DNA from: an uncultured Chloroflexia bacterium
GTDB lineage: Bacteria; Chloroflexota; Anaerolineae; Anaerolineales; Anaerolineaceae
Assembly (NCBI GenBank): GCA_963820415.1
Contig: CAWFZT010000004.1
Coordinates: 261,344 to 325,343, forward strand
Length of the DNA stretch: 64,000 nt
Direction: 5' to 3'
Part shown: piece after piece, positions 7,877-17,745 of the stretch
Layout: every line of letters begins with the position of its first letter
How positions within the stretch are numbered: the stretch's first letter is position 1
Notes under the pieces: generated by a model
What the model was told of the DNA's origin: nothing
What the model saw: only the letters and a program-made list of their open reading frames with translations
Database searches by the model: none
Program-made: the position numbers and the translations under genes

Positions 7877-9010
7877 TCAAGCCTCATCTACTGCCGCTGC
7901 AACCAGGTCCATGAAAATCGGATAATCGCGAAGATAAACGAAACCAGGCGGGTCGCCCACCCGGTTGCGAATCATGATTGCCACGATGCCCAGGGCGGGC
8001 ATGATTACCAGTACGCTGTGCGCCGCCCCGCCATGGCAGTAGGTTCCATAGGGCACGATGTGGCCCAGCTCGGGTGAATCGGGGGTGGCCTTGATCCACC
8101 AAAACAGGCCGCGGTGCAGATAATTGGCTCGCCCCGGCATAGGATACTGACAGGTGGTCATCATCCTCACCGTCAACGGGGCGATGATGCGTTTACCATC
8201 CAGTTCACCTTCGTGGAGGAGCATGTTCCCGACCACTGCCAGGTCGCGGGCATTGCTGATCAACCCGCCTGCCACCGAGCCAGTCTGCCTGGCCTCTTTG
8301 GTGCCGTGCCGCCCGCCCATCCAGGAATCGTTGACGATGCTGGCGATGTCTTTGGCAGTTTCGTCGTCAAAATCCCAACCAATCCGCTTGAGGTTCAGCG
8401 GATCAAAAACCCGCTGCTGGATCATCTCCGGCACCCTTTCGCCGCCGGCGCGGTAAAGGACTTCTCCGAGGATGGTGACCGCGATGTCGGAATAAACGTG
8501 CCAGGTGCCGGGCTCGAACACCACCCCGCGCGCCGTCCGGTACATGGCATGGCGGAAGTAGGTTTCCGGCAAGGATTCGCCCGGACGCTGGTCGCGCCAG
8601 CAGCCCCCGAAAGCTTCATCGGCGCCCGGCAGTCCGCTGGAATGGGTCGCCAGGTGCCGTACGGTGATTTTCGCCATGTCGCCTTCTTTGAATTCCGGGA
8701 TATACTGGGAGACTTTTTCGTCCAGCCACATCGTGCCATCCTGTATCAATAGTGCCAGGGCTGTGGCAGTGAGACCCTTGGTGATCGACATCAGCGGGGT
8801 CATTGTGTCGGCATCGTAGGGCGGAGCCTCCGGCGATGAACTGCGCCTGCCCCAATACCATTCCCCGACAATCTTATCATGGCGCATCACCAGTACTGCT
8901 CCACCACTGCTTTCGATCTGGTTCCCCACACGTTGGGCATAGTCTCGTGATTTCAACAGGCGCGCCGAAGACATACCGACTTCTTCGGGTGATACAGGCT
9001 CAAGTTTCAT
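7877..9010 (-). CDS. beta-lactamase-family serine hydrolase
   Basis: ORF 7877-9067. It has the S-x-x-K motif (SITK). The likely start is the ATG at 9010, preceded by GGAGGAGG. Confidence 0.75.
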   Translation of the reverse strand: MKLEPVSPEEVGMSSARLLKSRDYAQRVGNQIESSGGAVLVMRHDKIVGEWYWGRRSSSPEAPPYDADTMTPLMSITKGLTATALALLIQDGTMWLDEKVSQYIPEFKEGDMAKITVRHLATHSSGLPGADEAFGGCWRDQRPGESLPETYFRHAMYRTARGVVFEPGTWHVYSDIAVTILGEVLYRAGGERVPEMIQQRVFDPLNLKRIGWDFDDETAKDIASIVNDSWMGGRHGTKEARQTGSVAGGLISNARDLAVVGNMLLHEGELDGKRIIAPLTVRMMTTCQYPMPGRANYLHRGLFWWIKATPDSPELGHIVPYGTYCHGGAAHSVLVIMPALGIVAIMIRNRVGDPPGFVYLRDYPIFMDLVAAAVDEA

Positions 9011-9155
9011 CGGATCCTCCTCCAGAAAACCGGTGGATAGAAACAGCAATATATCCAAAAAAGCCATTCATTCTATAATGCAACCAACCTGTTTTAATTG
9101 TACAATAATAATAATGGGATTGGGGTAAATTCTGGGTTAAAGGAGGGAGGGTTTC

Positions 9156-10361
9156 ATGTCGAATATTTTCATTTCAGAAATGTGCCAGCCTCCTATGGAA
9201 AAACAACAGGTCGAGCTGGTCGAACGCAAAGGCATTGGCCATCCGGATACCATGTGCGATGCCATTATGGAACAGGTATCCATTGACCTTTGCAAGGAAT
9301 ATAAGGCAGTTTTCAACCGCGTCCTCCACCATAATATCGACAAAGGCATGTTGATCGCCGGCAGATCAGAACCCTTTCCGGGAGGCGGCCGGGTGCTGGA
9401 AATGATGCGCATCTTGTTTGGCGACCGGGCTACTTCCAGGTTTGATGGAAAACGTGTCGATGTTGGTGGGATCGCTGAAGAAGCCGCCAAGAAATGGATC
9501 CGCCACAATTTGCGGTTCGTCAATCCGGGACATCACATTATTTTCCAGAATGAACTAAAGGAAGGTTCACTGGAGCTTACCAGCATTTTCGAACGGCAGA
9601 TTGTTGTAGCCAGTGACACGGTTGCTGCAGTGGGTTATGCCCCATTGACCGAGACTGAACGCTTGGTGCTGGCGGCCGAACGCTACCTGAATTCCCCCGA
9701 AGTCAAAGAGAAATTCCCTGAATCCGGGGAAGACGTAAAAGTGATGGCTTACCGGCACGACCGTGTGTTGTTGCTGACCGTTTCATTGGCCTTTGTGGCT
9801 CGTTTTGTTCCGGATGTCAAATTTTATTTTGAGCGCAAGGAAGAAATTCGCCAGGCCCTGGAAGCTCACCTTTCCAGCCAGCCGCACAGCATGGATTCGA
9901 TCCAGGTAATGATCAACACGTTGGACGATCCGGAGCGCGGTAATCGCGGCATGTACCTGACCGTGCTGGGTACTTCAGCCGAGGGAGCCGACGGCGGCCA
10001 GGTCGGACGCGGCAATAAAGTCAACCGGCTGATTGCTTACAACCGGCCTTCCAGCTCTGAGGCGGTGGCTGGCAAGAATCCGGTCAGTCACGTCGGAAAA
10101 ATATATTCGGTGTTGTCATATAAGATCGCTGAGGATATTTGCGAACACGTCCCCGGGGTGAACGAGGCAAACGTGTGGCTGGTTTCTCAAATAGGTCAGA
10201 CGATTGATAAACCCTTGCATGCCTCTGCACAACTTTCCCTGCAGCAAGGTGTCACTTTAAACGATGTCCAGCCGCAAATCGAGGCAATGTTCAACGACCG
10301 CCTGTCCCACATCTACGAATTCACCCAAGATCTAAGTGACGGAAAAATTTCTGTCTGGTAG
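9156..10361 (+). CDS. archaeal-type S-adenosylmethionine synthetase (methionine adenosyltransferase)
   Basis: 401 aa. It is collinear with the archaeal MAT family: VERKGIGHPDTMCDAI, GTSAEGADGGQVGRGNKVNRLI, SSEAVAGKNPVSHVGKIY. A strong SD (AAAGGAGGGAGGG) lies upstream. Confidence 0.85.
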   Translation: MSNIFISEMCQPPMEKQQVELVERKGIGHPDTMCDAIMEQVSIDLCKEYKAVFNRVLHHNIDKGMLIAGRSEPFPGGGRVLEMMRILFGDRATSRFDGKRVDVGGIAEEAAKKWIRHNLRFVNPGHHIIFQNELKEGSLELTSIFERQIVVASDTVAAVGYAPLTETERLVLAAERYLNSPEVKEKFPESGEDVKVMAYRHDRVLLLTVSLAFVARFVPDVKFYFERKEEIRQALEAHLSSQPHSMDSIQVMINTLDDPERGNRGMYLTVLGTSAEGADGGQVGRGNKVNRLIAYNRPSSSEAVAGKNPVSHVGKIYSVLSYKIAEDICEHVPGVNEANVWLVSQIGQTIDKPLHASAQLSLQQGVTLNDVQPQIEAMFNDRLSHIYEFTQDLSDGKISVW

Positions 10362-10368
10362 CGGTGAA

Positions 10369-10839
10369 ATGGTGTCCATTGCCTACTTGGCCGAATATCC
10401 ACAGTATCTTCCTACTGTAGCCAGTTGGGTATATACCGAGTGGGGTCATCACAATCCTCTCCTGACCTTGCAGGATTTCGAAGAGACTTTTCGTACCCAT
10501 CTCGTGCGGGAAGCCATCCCGTTGACCGTGATTGCGTTATGGGACGATCTGCCGGCAGGCACGGCCAGCCTCTATGTCCAGGATATGAGTATTCACCCCG
10601 ATTTGTCTCCCTGGCTGGCTGCGGTGTACGTTCCCACCGATCATCGTAACAAAGGGATTGGGTCAAAGCTGGTCGGCGCAATCGAAAATGTCGCCAGGTC
10701 TCTGCGTATCGGCAGGCTGTATCTTTGGACGCCAGACAAAGAACATTTTTACAGCCAGTTAGGCTGGTCAGTCATTGAAAGACCGGTTCACCTGCACCAA
10801 AAAGTGGTGTTGATGGCCAAAACGATTTTACCAGGTTGA
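10369..10839 (+). CDS. GNAT family N-acetyltransferase
   Basis: ORF 10336-10839. The ATG at 10369 follows the MAT stop. It has the acetyl-CoA motif HRNKGIGSKLV. Confidence 0.7.
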   Translation: MVSIAYLAEYPQYLPTVASWVYTEWGHHNPLLTLQDFEETFRTHLVREAIPLTVIALWDDLPAGTASLYVQDMSIHPDLSPWLAAVYVPTDHRNKGIGSKLVGAIENVARSLRIGRLYLWTPDKEHFYSQLGWSVIERPVHLHQKVVLMAKTILPG

Positions 10840-10926
10840 TGGTTATATAATTCGATATCGACCTGGACTCGGGAGCAACCACCCGATCCTTCCAATATAC
10901 TTTCAATCATCATTGCGGAGGGCATA

Positions 10927-11961
10927 ATGATCAGAATTGGCGTCGTCGGAGCCGGGATTTGGGGAACCATGCACGCCCGCGCTTATGCGCAAAACCCCCT
11001 GGTGGAGCTGGTGGGAATATGCGACTTGAACGAAGAACGGGCGGGCAACGTTGCCGCACAATATGGCATACCAAAGATCTTTAGCCAGGTCGAAGGTTTG
11101 CTGGATGAAGGATTGGATGGCATTTCAGTTGCCACCCCGGACGATGCCCATACCGCTATCGTTCTGAAAGCCGCTGCCAAAAGGGTCCATATCCTGGTTG
11201 AAAAGCCGCTTGCCACCACCCTGGAAGAATGCCGATTGATGGTCGATGCCGCCGAAAAAGCTGGAGTTTTCCTCATGGTAGACTGGCATAACCGTTGGAA
11301 TCCACCTTATTATTACGCCTGGAAAACCATTCGTGAGGGGGAATTAGGGGATGTACTTTACATCTATTATCGCTTAAGCGACACAGTCTATGTCCCTACC
11401 CGAATGCTGCCCTGGGCGAATAAATCGACTGTCATGTGGTTCCTGGGCAGCCATTCTTTGGATACTACCTGCTGGCTGATGGGCAAGAAGCCCGTGAGAA
11501 TTTACTGCCAGAAAAGGCAGGGTTTGTTGGCGAGTATGGGTGTGGATACCCCTGACCTGTACGTGACCATGCTTGAATTCGAGGGCGGCGCCCTGGCTAC
11601 TATCGAAAACACCTGGATCTTACCTCAACAATCGCCCACCTTGATCGACCACAAGTGTGAAATCCTCGGCACGAAAGGAGCTATCTATCTCGATCCAACC
11701 CATAACCGCAGTTATGCCCAGTATTCTCCCAAAACTACATTGGGCTACCCTTTTCTTTCCTACCCTGATTTAATCATCAGCCCGGAGATTTACGATAAGC
11801 AAAAGGGTTTCGCTGTCGAGAGCATGCACCATTTTATCGACTGCATCCGCAATTCCATCCAACCGCTGGCCACCGGAATGGATGGCTTATTGAATACCAG
11901 CTTGATCCTGGCGGCCGAGCAGTCGGCTTTGACGGGTCTCCCGGTTGATCTTCAAGGGTAA
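10927..11961 (+). CDS. Gfo/Idh/MocA family oxidoreductase
   Basis: 344 aa. It has an N-terminal Rossmann motif IRIGVVGAGIWG and the EKPLA motif. Confidence 0.8.
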   Translation: MIRIGVVGAGIWGTMHARAYAQNPLVELVGICDLNEERAGNVAAQYGIPKIFSQVEGLLDEGLDGISVATPDDAHTAIVLKAAAKRVHILVEKPLATTLEECRLMVDAAEKAGVFLMVDWHNRWNPPYYYAWKTIREGELGDVLYIYYRLSDTVYVPTRMLPWANKSTVMWFLGSHSLDTTCWLMGKKPVRIYCQKRQGLLASMGVDTPDLYVTMLEFEGGALATIENTWILPQQSPTLIDHKCEILGTKGAIYLDPTHNRSYAQYSPKTTLGYPFLSYPDLIISPEIYDKQKGFAVESMHHFIDCIRNSIQPLATGMDGLLNTSLILAAEQSALTGLPVDLQG

Positions 11962-12106
11962 TCTAAAACCTGTCTTTAAGCTGCAAAATCAGGTATCTTC
12001 TCGCTCCCGTTGATGTTTCATTTAAGGTTTTATCCACGGTTACCCAAATCGAATATCCCCTGCTTCTTCTTATTAAAACCCGAGCAAGGGGTCCGGTGAG
12101 GTATCG

Positions 12107-14377
12107 ATGCCCAAAAATTATGAGCTGATGATCAAGGAATTGATCGATTGGCTGGACAATTGGCCTAGGATGGGAGAAGCCCCTGAAAAGGCGCACATGA
12201 GCAGTGATCTCTACCCCTATACCCATTTGTTTTCACCCATCCAGGTCAATCAATTGCGCCTTAAGAACCGCCTTGTAATGGGGCCGATGGGCAACATTTC
12301 CCTGGCAGAGGAGATGGGCCGGCCTTCTCAGAAAATGATCGATTATTTTAGCGAGCGCGCCGCAGGCGGAGTGGGCCTGATTACATCGGGATTGATCCCG
12401 GTCAGCCAGAAAGTCGATCCCACGGTTACCGAACCTGGCGACCGCAGCATTTTTCCTCGCATCGATGGCTCCCGTACGGTCTTTTCCGGCTGGCGGATCA
12501 TAGCCGAAGCTGTGCATGCCTTTGGAGCGCGCTTTTTCATCCAGCTCACTCCTGGGTTAGGTCGGGTCGGTTCGCCGGAATGTTTGCTCAAGAAACACAC
12601 CCTGCCTGTTTCTGCCTCTTGGAATCCCAATTTTTACCTGCCGGCCTTACCCTGCCGTCCTCTCACTGATGGCGAATGCTGGAAGATCATCCACGCAGCC
12701 GGGCAGGCGGCGGCGGATGCTAAGGCTCTCTTGATTGATGGTGTCTACCTGCACGGGCATGAGGGCTACCTGCTTGAACAGCTAACTAATCCAGCTTTCA
12801 ACCGGCGCAAGATCGGGCGTTTTGCGGGCTGGCAGGTTTTTGGTATTGAGACAGTAAAAGAAATCCGCCGGCGCACCGGACCGGATTACCCGTTGATGTA
12901 CCGGATTGACCTGAGCCTGGCGTTGAATGCAACCTATGGCGAAAAGATGCAGACCGTCAGCCCACTCAAACATTTCAGAAACGAGCGCACGGTGGATATG
13001 ACGCTGGATTATATGGGCAGCCTGGTTAAAGCCGGAGTGGATCTTTTTGACGTGGACCTGGGCTGCTATGACAACTGGTGGCTTCCGCATCCCCCCAGCT
13101 CAATCCCTTCCGGGTGCTTTCTGCAGGTGTCCGAGATCGTCAAAGAGTTTTTCAAACAGGAAAATGTCCTTTCGAACGCCGGCCTGCCGGTGCCCGTAGT
13201 AGGGGTGGGCAAACTGGGTTATCCGGACCTGGCCGAGCAGGCTTTGCGGGATGGGAAGTGCGATATGGTGATACTGGCGCGCCCGCTCCTGGCTGATCCA
13301 AATTGGGCCAACAAGGCTTACGCTGGCAAAACGCGCGAAATCCGCCCCTGTATTGGCGACCAGGATGCCTGCCTGAACGAATTTATCGAAGGCGGGCACC
13401 CGCAGTGTTCGGTAAATCCCCGCACCGGCTTTGAGGATGTAATCGAGCGTGATCTGCAACCAGCTCAAAAGCCGCTTAAGGTAGCGGTGGTCGGGGCAGG
13501 ACCGGCGGGGGTAAAATGCGCCGTAACGGCCGCATTGCGTGGCCACCAGGTGGTCCTTTACGAAAAGAACGCTCATATTGGCGGGATGCTGCTGCCGGCC
13601 GCACGGCCGAGGATCAAGTACGAGATTGCCAACTACCTGGATTATTTGTGCAATCTGGTCGAGCGTACGGCTGAGAACCATGCCCTGACTTTAAAACTGG
13701 ACACCCAGGTTACTTTCAGCTTGCTGGAAAACGCTGGCTTTGACGTGATCGTGATTTGCAGCGGTGGGAAATTCGTTCTTCCACCCATCCCAGGCGTGGA
13801 AAGTCCGCAGGTGCTAAACGCTGCTGAGGTATTGATAGGAGCGGAAAAAGCTGCCCAAGCGCAAAATATCGTGGTTGTGGGTGGTGGGGTGATCGGCTGC
13901 GAAAGCGCGCATTTTCTGGCGGTCGAAATGGGCAAGCGGGTAACCGTCATCGAGATGCTGCCAGAGATCATGAAGGGGGTGTGCACTGCCAACCGTGGTC
14001 ACCTGATTCGCATGTTGGAAAAGGCTGGTGTGAAACTGTTGAACTGCTCTCGCCTGGTGGAAATCCAGCCTGGAAAGGTATTGGTAGAGCGCAATGTGTC
14101 CGGGACAGTCCCCGACCCATATAATACCTGGTCGCCGCTCCTACCGGAAAATATCAGCAACCCGTTGGCGCGCCCGTTGCACACAGAAATCCGGGTATTT
14201 ACCATTGACGCCGACCTGGTCGTCCTGGCCAGCAGCCTGCAGCCGGATCAAGAGCTGTATAATACCTGTCTTCAGGGCAGAAGCGCCGCGCAAATTTATC
14301 AAATTGGCGATGCGTTTGAAATCAAGGGGGTATTCGAAGCAGTGAAAGCCGGGTTTGCGGTTGGCCGGTTAATTTGA
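12107..14377 (+). CDS. two-domain flavoenzyme: OYE-like NADH:flavin oxidoreductase fused to an FAD/NAD(P)-binding domain (2,4-dienoyl-CoA/enoate reductase-like)
   Basis: 756 aa. The N-terminal part is an OYE-type TIM barrel (LKNRLVMGPM, HGHEGYLLEQ). The C-terminal half has VAVVGAGPAGV and VVVGGGVIGCE dinucleotide-binding motifs. Confidence 0.8.
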   Translation: MPKNYELMIKELIDWLDNWPRMGEAPEKAHMSSDLYPYTHLFSPIQVNQLRLKNRLVMGPMGNISLAEEMGRPSQKMIDYFSERAAGGVGLITSGLIPVSQKVDPTVTEPGDRSIFPRIDGSRTVFSGWRIIAEAVHAFGARFFIQLTPGLGRVGSPECLLKKHTLPVSASWNPNFYLPALPCRPLTDGECWKIIHAAGQAAADAKALLIDGVYLHGHEGYLLEQLTNPAFNRRKIGRFAGWQVFGIETVKEIRRRTGPDYPLMYRIDLSLALNATYGEKMQTVSPLKHFRNERTVDMTLDYMGSLVKAGVDLFDVDLGCYDNWWLPHPPSSIPSGCFLQVSEIVKEFFKQENVLSNAGLPVPVVGVGKLGYPDLAEQALRDGKCDMVILARPLLADPNWANKAYAGKTREIRPCIGDQDACLNEFIEGGHPQCSVNPRTGFEDVIERDLQPAQKPLKVAVVGAGPAGVKCAVTAALRGHQVVLYEKNAHIGGMLLPAARPRIKYEIANYLDYLCNLVERTAENHALTLKLDTQVTFSLLENAGFDVIVICSGGKFVLPPIPGVESPQVLNAAEVLIGAEKAAQAQNIVVVGGGVIGCESAHFLAVEMGKRVTVIEMLPEIMKGVCTANRGHLIRMLEKAGVKLLNCSRLVEIQPGKVLVERNVSGTVPDPYNTWSPLLPENISNPLARPLHTEIRVFTIDADLVVLASSLQPDQELYNTCLQGRSAAQIYQIGDAFEIKGVFEAVKAGFAVGRLI

Positions 14378-14392
14378 TCTCCAGGAGGTAGT

Positions 14393-15703
14393 ATGCAATC
14401 AGTTCAAATGTTTCTAAATGATGAAGAAAAAGCCATTCTGGAGGGAAAACAGGGCGCTACCCTTCAGAAAGTGATGCATTCCGTTGTCCTGTATGGAGAG
14501 GCCTTTAACGCCGGGCGCCTGGTGCAGGTGGAAGGCGCGCCCCATTTTGTCACTTCTTTCGGGGCGAGCATGATCAAGCCCTATTTCGCCATGATGGACG
14601 AGTTGATCGTGGCAGGGTTGAAATCACAACGTCCCTTCACGGTTGACCCGCGCCCGGTCGATTTTGATAGTATCAACCCTGGTTTGCTGCCCGGCCTGGT
14701 TTCGCGGTTGATCTATGGTAAGCAAGCTTTTTACGAGGATCAGCTCCGCAAGGTCGGGCTGAAAAACGATAATGCTTTCTCATGCGCCTGCTACCTGCCC
14801 GAAGTAGGGAATATCCCCGCGTATGGTGCCCTGCTGGCCTGGTCAGAGTCCTCAGCGGTGGTGTATGCCAATTCAGTTCTGGGGGCGCGCACCAATCGCA
14901 ATTCGGCCGGCATCGATTTGATGTGTAATATCCTGGGAAAAGCGCCATTATTTGGCTTGCTGACCGATGAAGGCCGGCGAGCTACCTGGCTGGTGGAAGT
15001 CAAAACCAGTCGCAAACCCAACCTGCAATTATTGGGCAGCGCCATTGGAATAAAGGTGGTCGAGGATGTGCCTATGATCGTCGGGCTGGATAATTTCCTT
15101 GGAAATTCTTTGGACGAGACTGCCAGTGCTTATCTTAAGGATATGGGCGCAGCCAGCGCCTCCAACGGCGCAGTCGGCCTGTATCATGTAGAGAACCTGA
15201 CCCCCGAAGTGAAGCAGGCTGGCCGAGCGATCCTGGCTGAAGGGTACCAGTCTTACCTGGTAGACGATGCTGAACTGGAGCGGGTCAGATTGGCCTACCC
15301 GGTGCTGTGGAAAAATATCAATGCACGCCCTAGGCTGGCCTTTATCGGCTGCCCACACCTCAGCCGGGGGCAGGTGGTGGAATGGGCGACTCGCTTTGAG
15401 GATGCGCTGGCACGTAAAGGCAAGGAACGGCTCAATTTGCCGGTCTATATGTGCTCGGCGCCAGACGTGATCGATGCAGTTAAAAAAATCCCCGCGCTGA
15501 GTGGCAAGCTGAGGAAGTTGGGCGCCAGGTTGACGCCTATATGCCCGCTGATGTACATGAACAATCCACTTTGCGCCAGGCAACCTATCGTGACCAATTC
15601 TAATAAGCTGCGTACCTATTCAAGCGCTCGTTTCTTCCTGGATGAGGATCTACTGGAAATCGCCGTCAATGGGTTTATGTCACAAGGAGCTAGCCATGGG
15701 TAA
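14393..15703 (+). CDS. aconitase X catalytic subunit (DUF521 family)
   Basis: 436 aa. The N-terminus LNDEEKAILEGKQGATLQKVMHSVVLYGEAFNA and the overall pattern are typical of AcnX large subunits. Confidence 0.75.
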   Translation: MQSVQMFLNDEEKAILEGKQGATLQKVMHSVVLYGEAFNAGRLVQVEGAPHFVTSFGASMIKPYFAMMDELIVAGLKSQRPFTVDPRPVDFDSINPGLLPGLVSRLIYGKQAFYEDQLRKVGLKNDNAFSCACYLPEVGNIPAYGALLAWSESSAVVYANSVLGARTNRNSAGIDLMCNILGKAPLFGLLTDEGRRATWLVEVKTSRKPNLQLLGSAIGIKVVEDVPMIVGLDNFLGNSLDETASAYLKDMGAASASNGAVGLYHVENLTPEVKQAGRAILAEGYQSYLVDDAELERVRLAYPVLWKNINARPRLAFIGCPHLSRGQVVEWATRFEDALARKGKERLNLPVYMCSAPDVIDAVKKIPALSGKLRKLGARLTPICPLMYMNNPLCARQPIVTNSNKLRTYSSARFFLDEDLLEIAVNGFMSQGASHG

Positions 15704-16151
15704 AACTTTTCAGGGTCGCCCGGTTCTCGCCGGACACTGCACGGGAAAGGCGCTGGTTTCCCATTCGGGGCTGAACACATTGGCCTCTTTCCAGCAAAGT
15801 ATTATCCTGAAAGCAAGGAAAGCAGTCTGCGCTGATCAGAATAATCCTGACCTGTTTAAGAAAGTAATGACCGGCGCCATCTTATGTCTGCCGGTGACGA
15901 TTGGCTCCACCACCGGCGGGCTGGCCCTGGAGACTGCTGCCCAAATGGGGATAGCTCCTTCGGCTATGTTGTTCTCCGATCACATCAATTCTCTGGCAGC
16001 CGCGGGTGTGATCCTGGCGGACGTATGGGTAGGCAAACGTATCATCGTGGTCGACCAGTTGGGTAAAGAGTTTCTCTCCTCCGTAGAACAAGGCCAGAGG
16101 ATTGAAGTATTTGAGGATGGGCGCGTAGAAATCCAAATTGAAGGTAAGTAA
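15696..16151 (+). CDS. aconitase X swivel-domain subunit (DUF126 family)
   Basis: ORF 15642-16151. The ATG at 15696 overlaps the large-subunit stop by 8 nt. The protein begins MGKTFQGRPVLAGHCTGKALVS. Confidence 0.7.
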   Translation: MGKTFQGRPVLAGHCTGKALVSHSGLNTLASFQQSIILKARKAVCADQNNPDLFKKVMTGAILCLPVTIGSTTGGLALETAAQMGIAPSAMLFSDHINSLAAAGVILADVWVGKRIIVVDQLGKEFLSSVEQGQRIEVFEDGRVEIQIEGK

Positions 16152-16186
16152 TCTCTGGTTTTGTTTTTAGGTTTACAATTACCTCT

Positions 16187-17065
16187 ATGGCTGGGAAACG
16201 CAGGGTATTTTTGATTATCCTGGGTATTACGATCCTGGGGATGCTGGGCTTGTCAATTGGGCTAACCGGTCTGCCATTTCAACCTGGCAATATGCTTCCA
16301 TTAAGTGGAACTTTGCCATACGGCAATTACCAGGGATTTGACCTTCCTGGCGGGCCGATGCTGCTCCAGGCTCTCCGCATTATCTATATCATCGCCTTGC
16401 TGGTACTGCCAGTTGTGATGATCTACCTGATCATATCGCCAGTTGCCAGGCGGCGGTTGATAAAATTCTTAGTGCGCATCCTCCCATTTGTTGTGGGACT
16501 TTACCTTTTTATACTGTTTCTTAAAAGGCTGCAAGACACCAATCCACAGAGTACCCCATTAATCCTTGGAGGATCAGGCACTCAACCCGCTCCGTCTGTT
16601 TTACCCACTCCGGCGCCAATCCCTGGGCCATCCGAGACAGCTATCGTATGGATCAGCGCCGGAATATCTCTAGTCACGGTGTCTGCCCTTGCATGGGCGC
16701 TGTGGCTGCTATGGCGAAGGCGTAAGCTTGATTTATCTCCAAACCGGCTTATCGCCCGGCAGGCGCAATCTGCCCTGGATGCCCTGCAGGCTGGCGGTAA
16801 TTTGAAGAACACGATTGTGCGGTGTTATTACCAGATGAGCGCAGTCATCAATAAACAGCGCGGAATACTGCGCAGCCAGGCAATGACTCCCCACGAATTT
16901 GAGGAATACTTGACCACACACGGCTTACCTGGCGAACCGATCCACCAACTTACCCACCTTTTTGAAGAAGTTCGTTACGGTGATCTGGAGGCTGGCGCGG
17001 CCGAAGAACAGGTGGCTCTGAACTGCCTGAAAGCGATTGTCGACGCTTGCGGGAGAACAGGTTGA
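16187..17065 (+). CDS. membrane protein with C-terminal DUF4129-like domain
   Basis: 292 aa with TM segments. The C-terminus TPHEFEEYLTTHGLP...LTHLFEEVRYGD matches the DUF4129 signature. Confidence 0.65.
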   Translation: MAGKRRVFLIILGITILGMLGLSIGLTGLPFQPGNMLPLSGTLPYGNYQGFDLPGGPMLLQALRIIYIIALLVLPVVMIYLIISPVARRRLIKFLVRILPFVVGLYLFILFLKRLQDTNPQSTPLILGGSGTQPAPSVLPTPAPIPGPSETAIVWISAGISLVTVSALAWALWLLWRRRKLDLSPNRLIARQAQSALDALQAGGNLKNTIVRCYYQMSAVINKQRGILRSQAMTPHEFEEYLTTHGLPGEPIHQLTHLFEEVRYGDLEAGAAEEQVALNCLKAIVDACGRTG

Positions 17066-17745
17066 AGAATAAATTATCGTCCGGCAAGATCATCCTGCTG
17101 GCCATTCTGGGAATTTTGCTGGTGGCTGCCCTGACACTGGCCCTGACTGATCTGGTTCGCAACGTTTTAGCCGTACCCATAACCCACATATTTTATTTCC
17201 TCGGGTTGTTGGTGAAAAGTACCCCTCAGGTGATTTTTTGGGGGCTGCTGCTGCTTTTCTTGCTGGTTGTGGCTGGTAAGAGCGTGCAGGAAAACCGCCG
17301 CCATGAACTTCCGGAATTTGTTGCTACGCTGCGGTCTCCCAAACATGAGCGGATCGCCTTCTGGGCCAACCATATCAATATGGCCTTGCGAGGTGACCAT
17401 TATTCGCGCACCCGCCTGGCGGAATTCCTGGCCGGTATGGTTATAGAACTGTTTGCTCAGGAAGAGCGTGTTTCCACAGTTGAGGTCCGCCAGCAGCTCG
17501 AACATGGAGAACTGGACCTGCCGCCTGAAATCGAAAATTACCTGAAAGCTCGCTTTACACAAGGTACCATTACCAGGCCGAGTTTTTGGCAAAGGGTCGA
17601 AGATAAACTAGCCCGTTTTTGGAATTCCTTCCCTGGAAAAAACAACCTCGACCCAGGGGTTCTGCCTGACCATCTTACCCGGCAGGAATTAGAGAGAATA
17701 ATCCAATATCTGGAAGATCGATTGGAGGTTGAACATGTCGGTTGA
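17047..17745 (+). CDS. membrane protein, unknown function (operon partner of MoxR/DUF58)
   Basis: 232-aa ORF with two N-terminal TM segments. It overlaps the neighbouring genes at both ends. Confidence 0.55.
   Translation: MRENRLKNKLSSGKIILLAILGILLVAALTLALTDLVRNVLAVPITHIFYFLGLLVKSTPQVIFWGLLLLFLLVVAGKSVQENRRHELPEFVATLRSPKHERIAFWANHINMALRGDHYSRTRLAEFLAGMVIELFAQEERVSTVEVRQQLEHGELDLPPEIENYLKARFTQGTITRPSFWQRVEDKLARFWNSFPGKNNLDPGVLPDHLTRQELERIIQYLEDRLEVEHVG

Noticed and set aside
8114-8752. Long ORFs antisense to, or overlapping, well-supported genes. Examples are 8114-8752, 13100-13681, 15029-15583, 25847-26317, 29458-30132, 42142-42768, 48579-49109, 55251-55760 and 59309-59944.
   Set aside because: They lie inside genes with strong family signatures on the other strand or frame. 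Their composition is low-complexity and Arg/Gly/Pro-rich, typical of shadow ORFs in GC-rich DNA. They lack SDs.
9068-9155. Possible SAM riboswitch or other leader upstream of the SAM synthetase gene
   Set aside because: The 88-nt AT-rich leader shows no recognisable SAM-I, SAM-II or SAM-V conserved helices or obvious stable structure by eye. A covariance-model scan would be needed to be sure.
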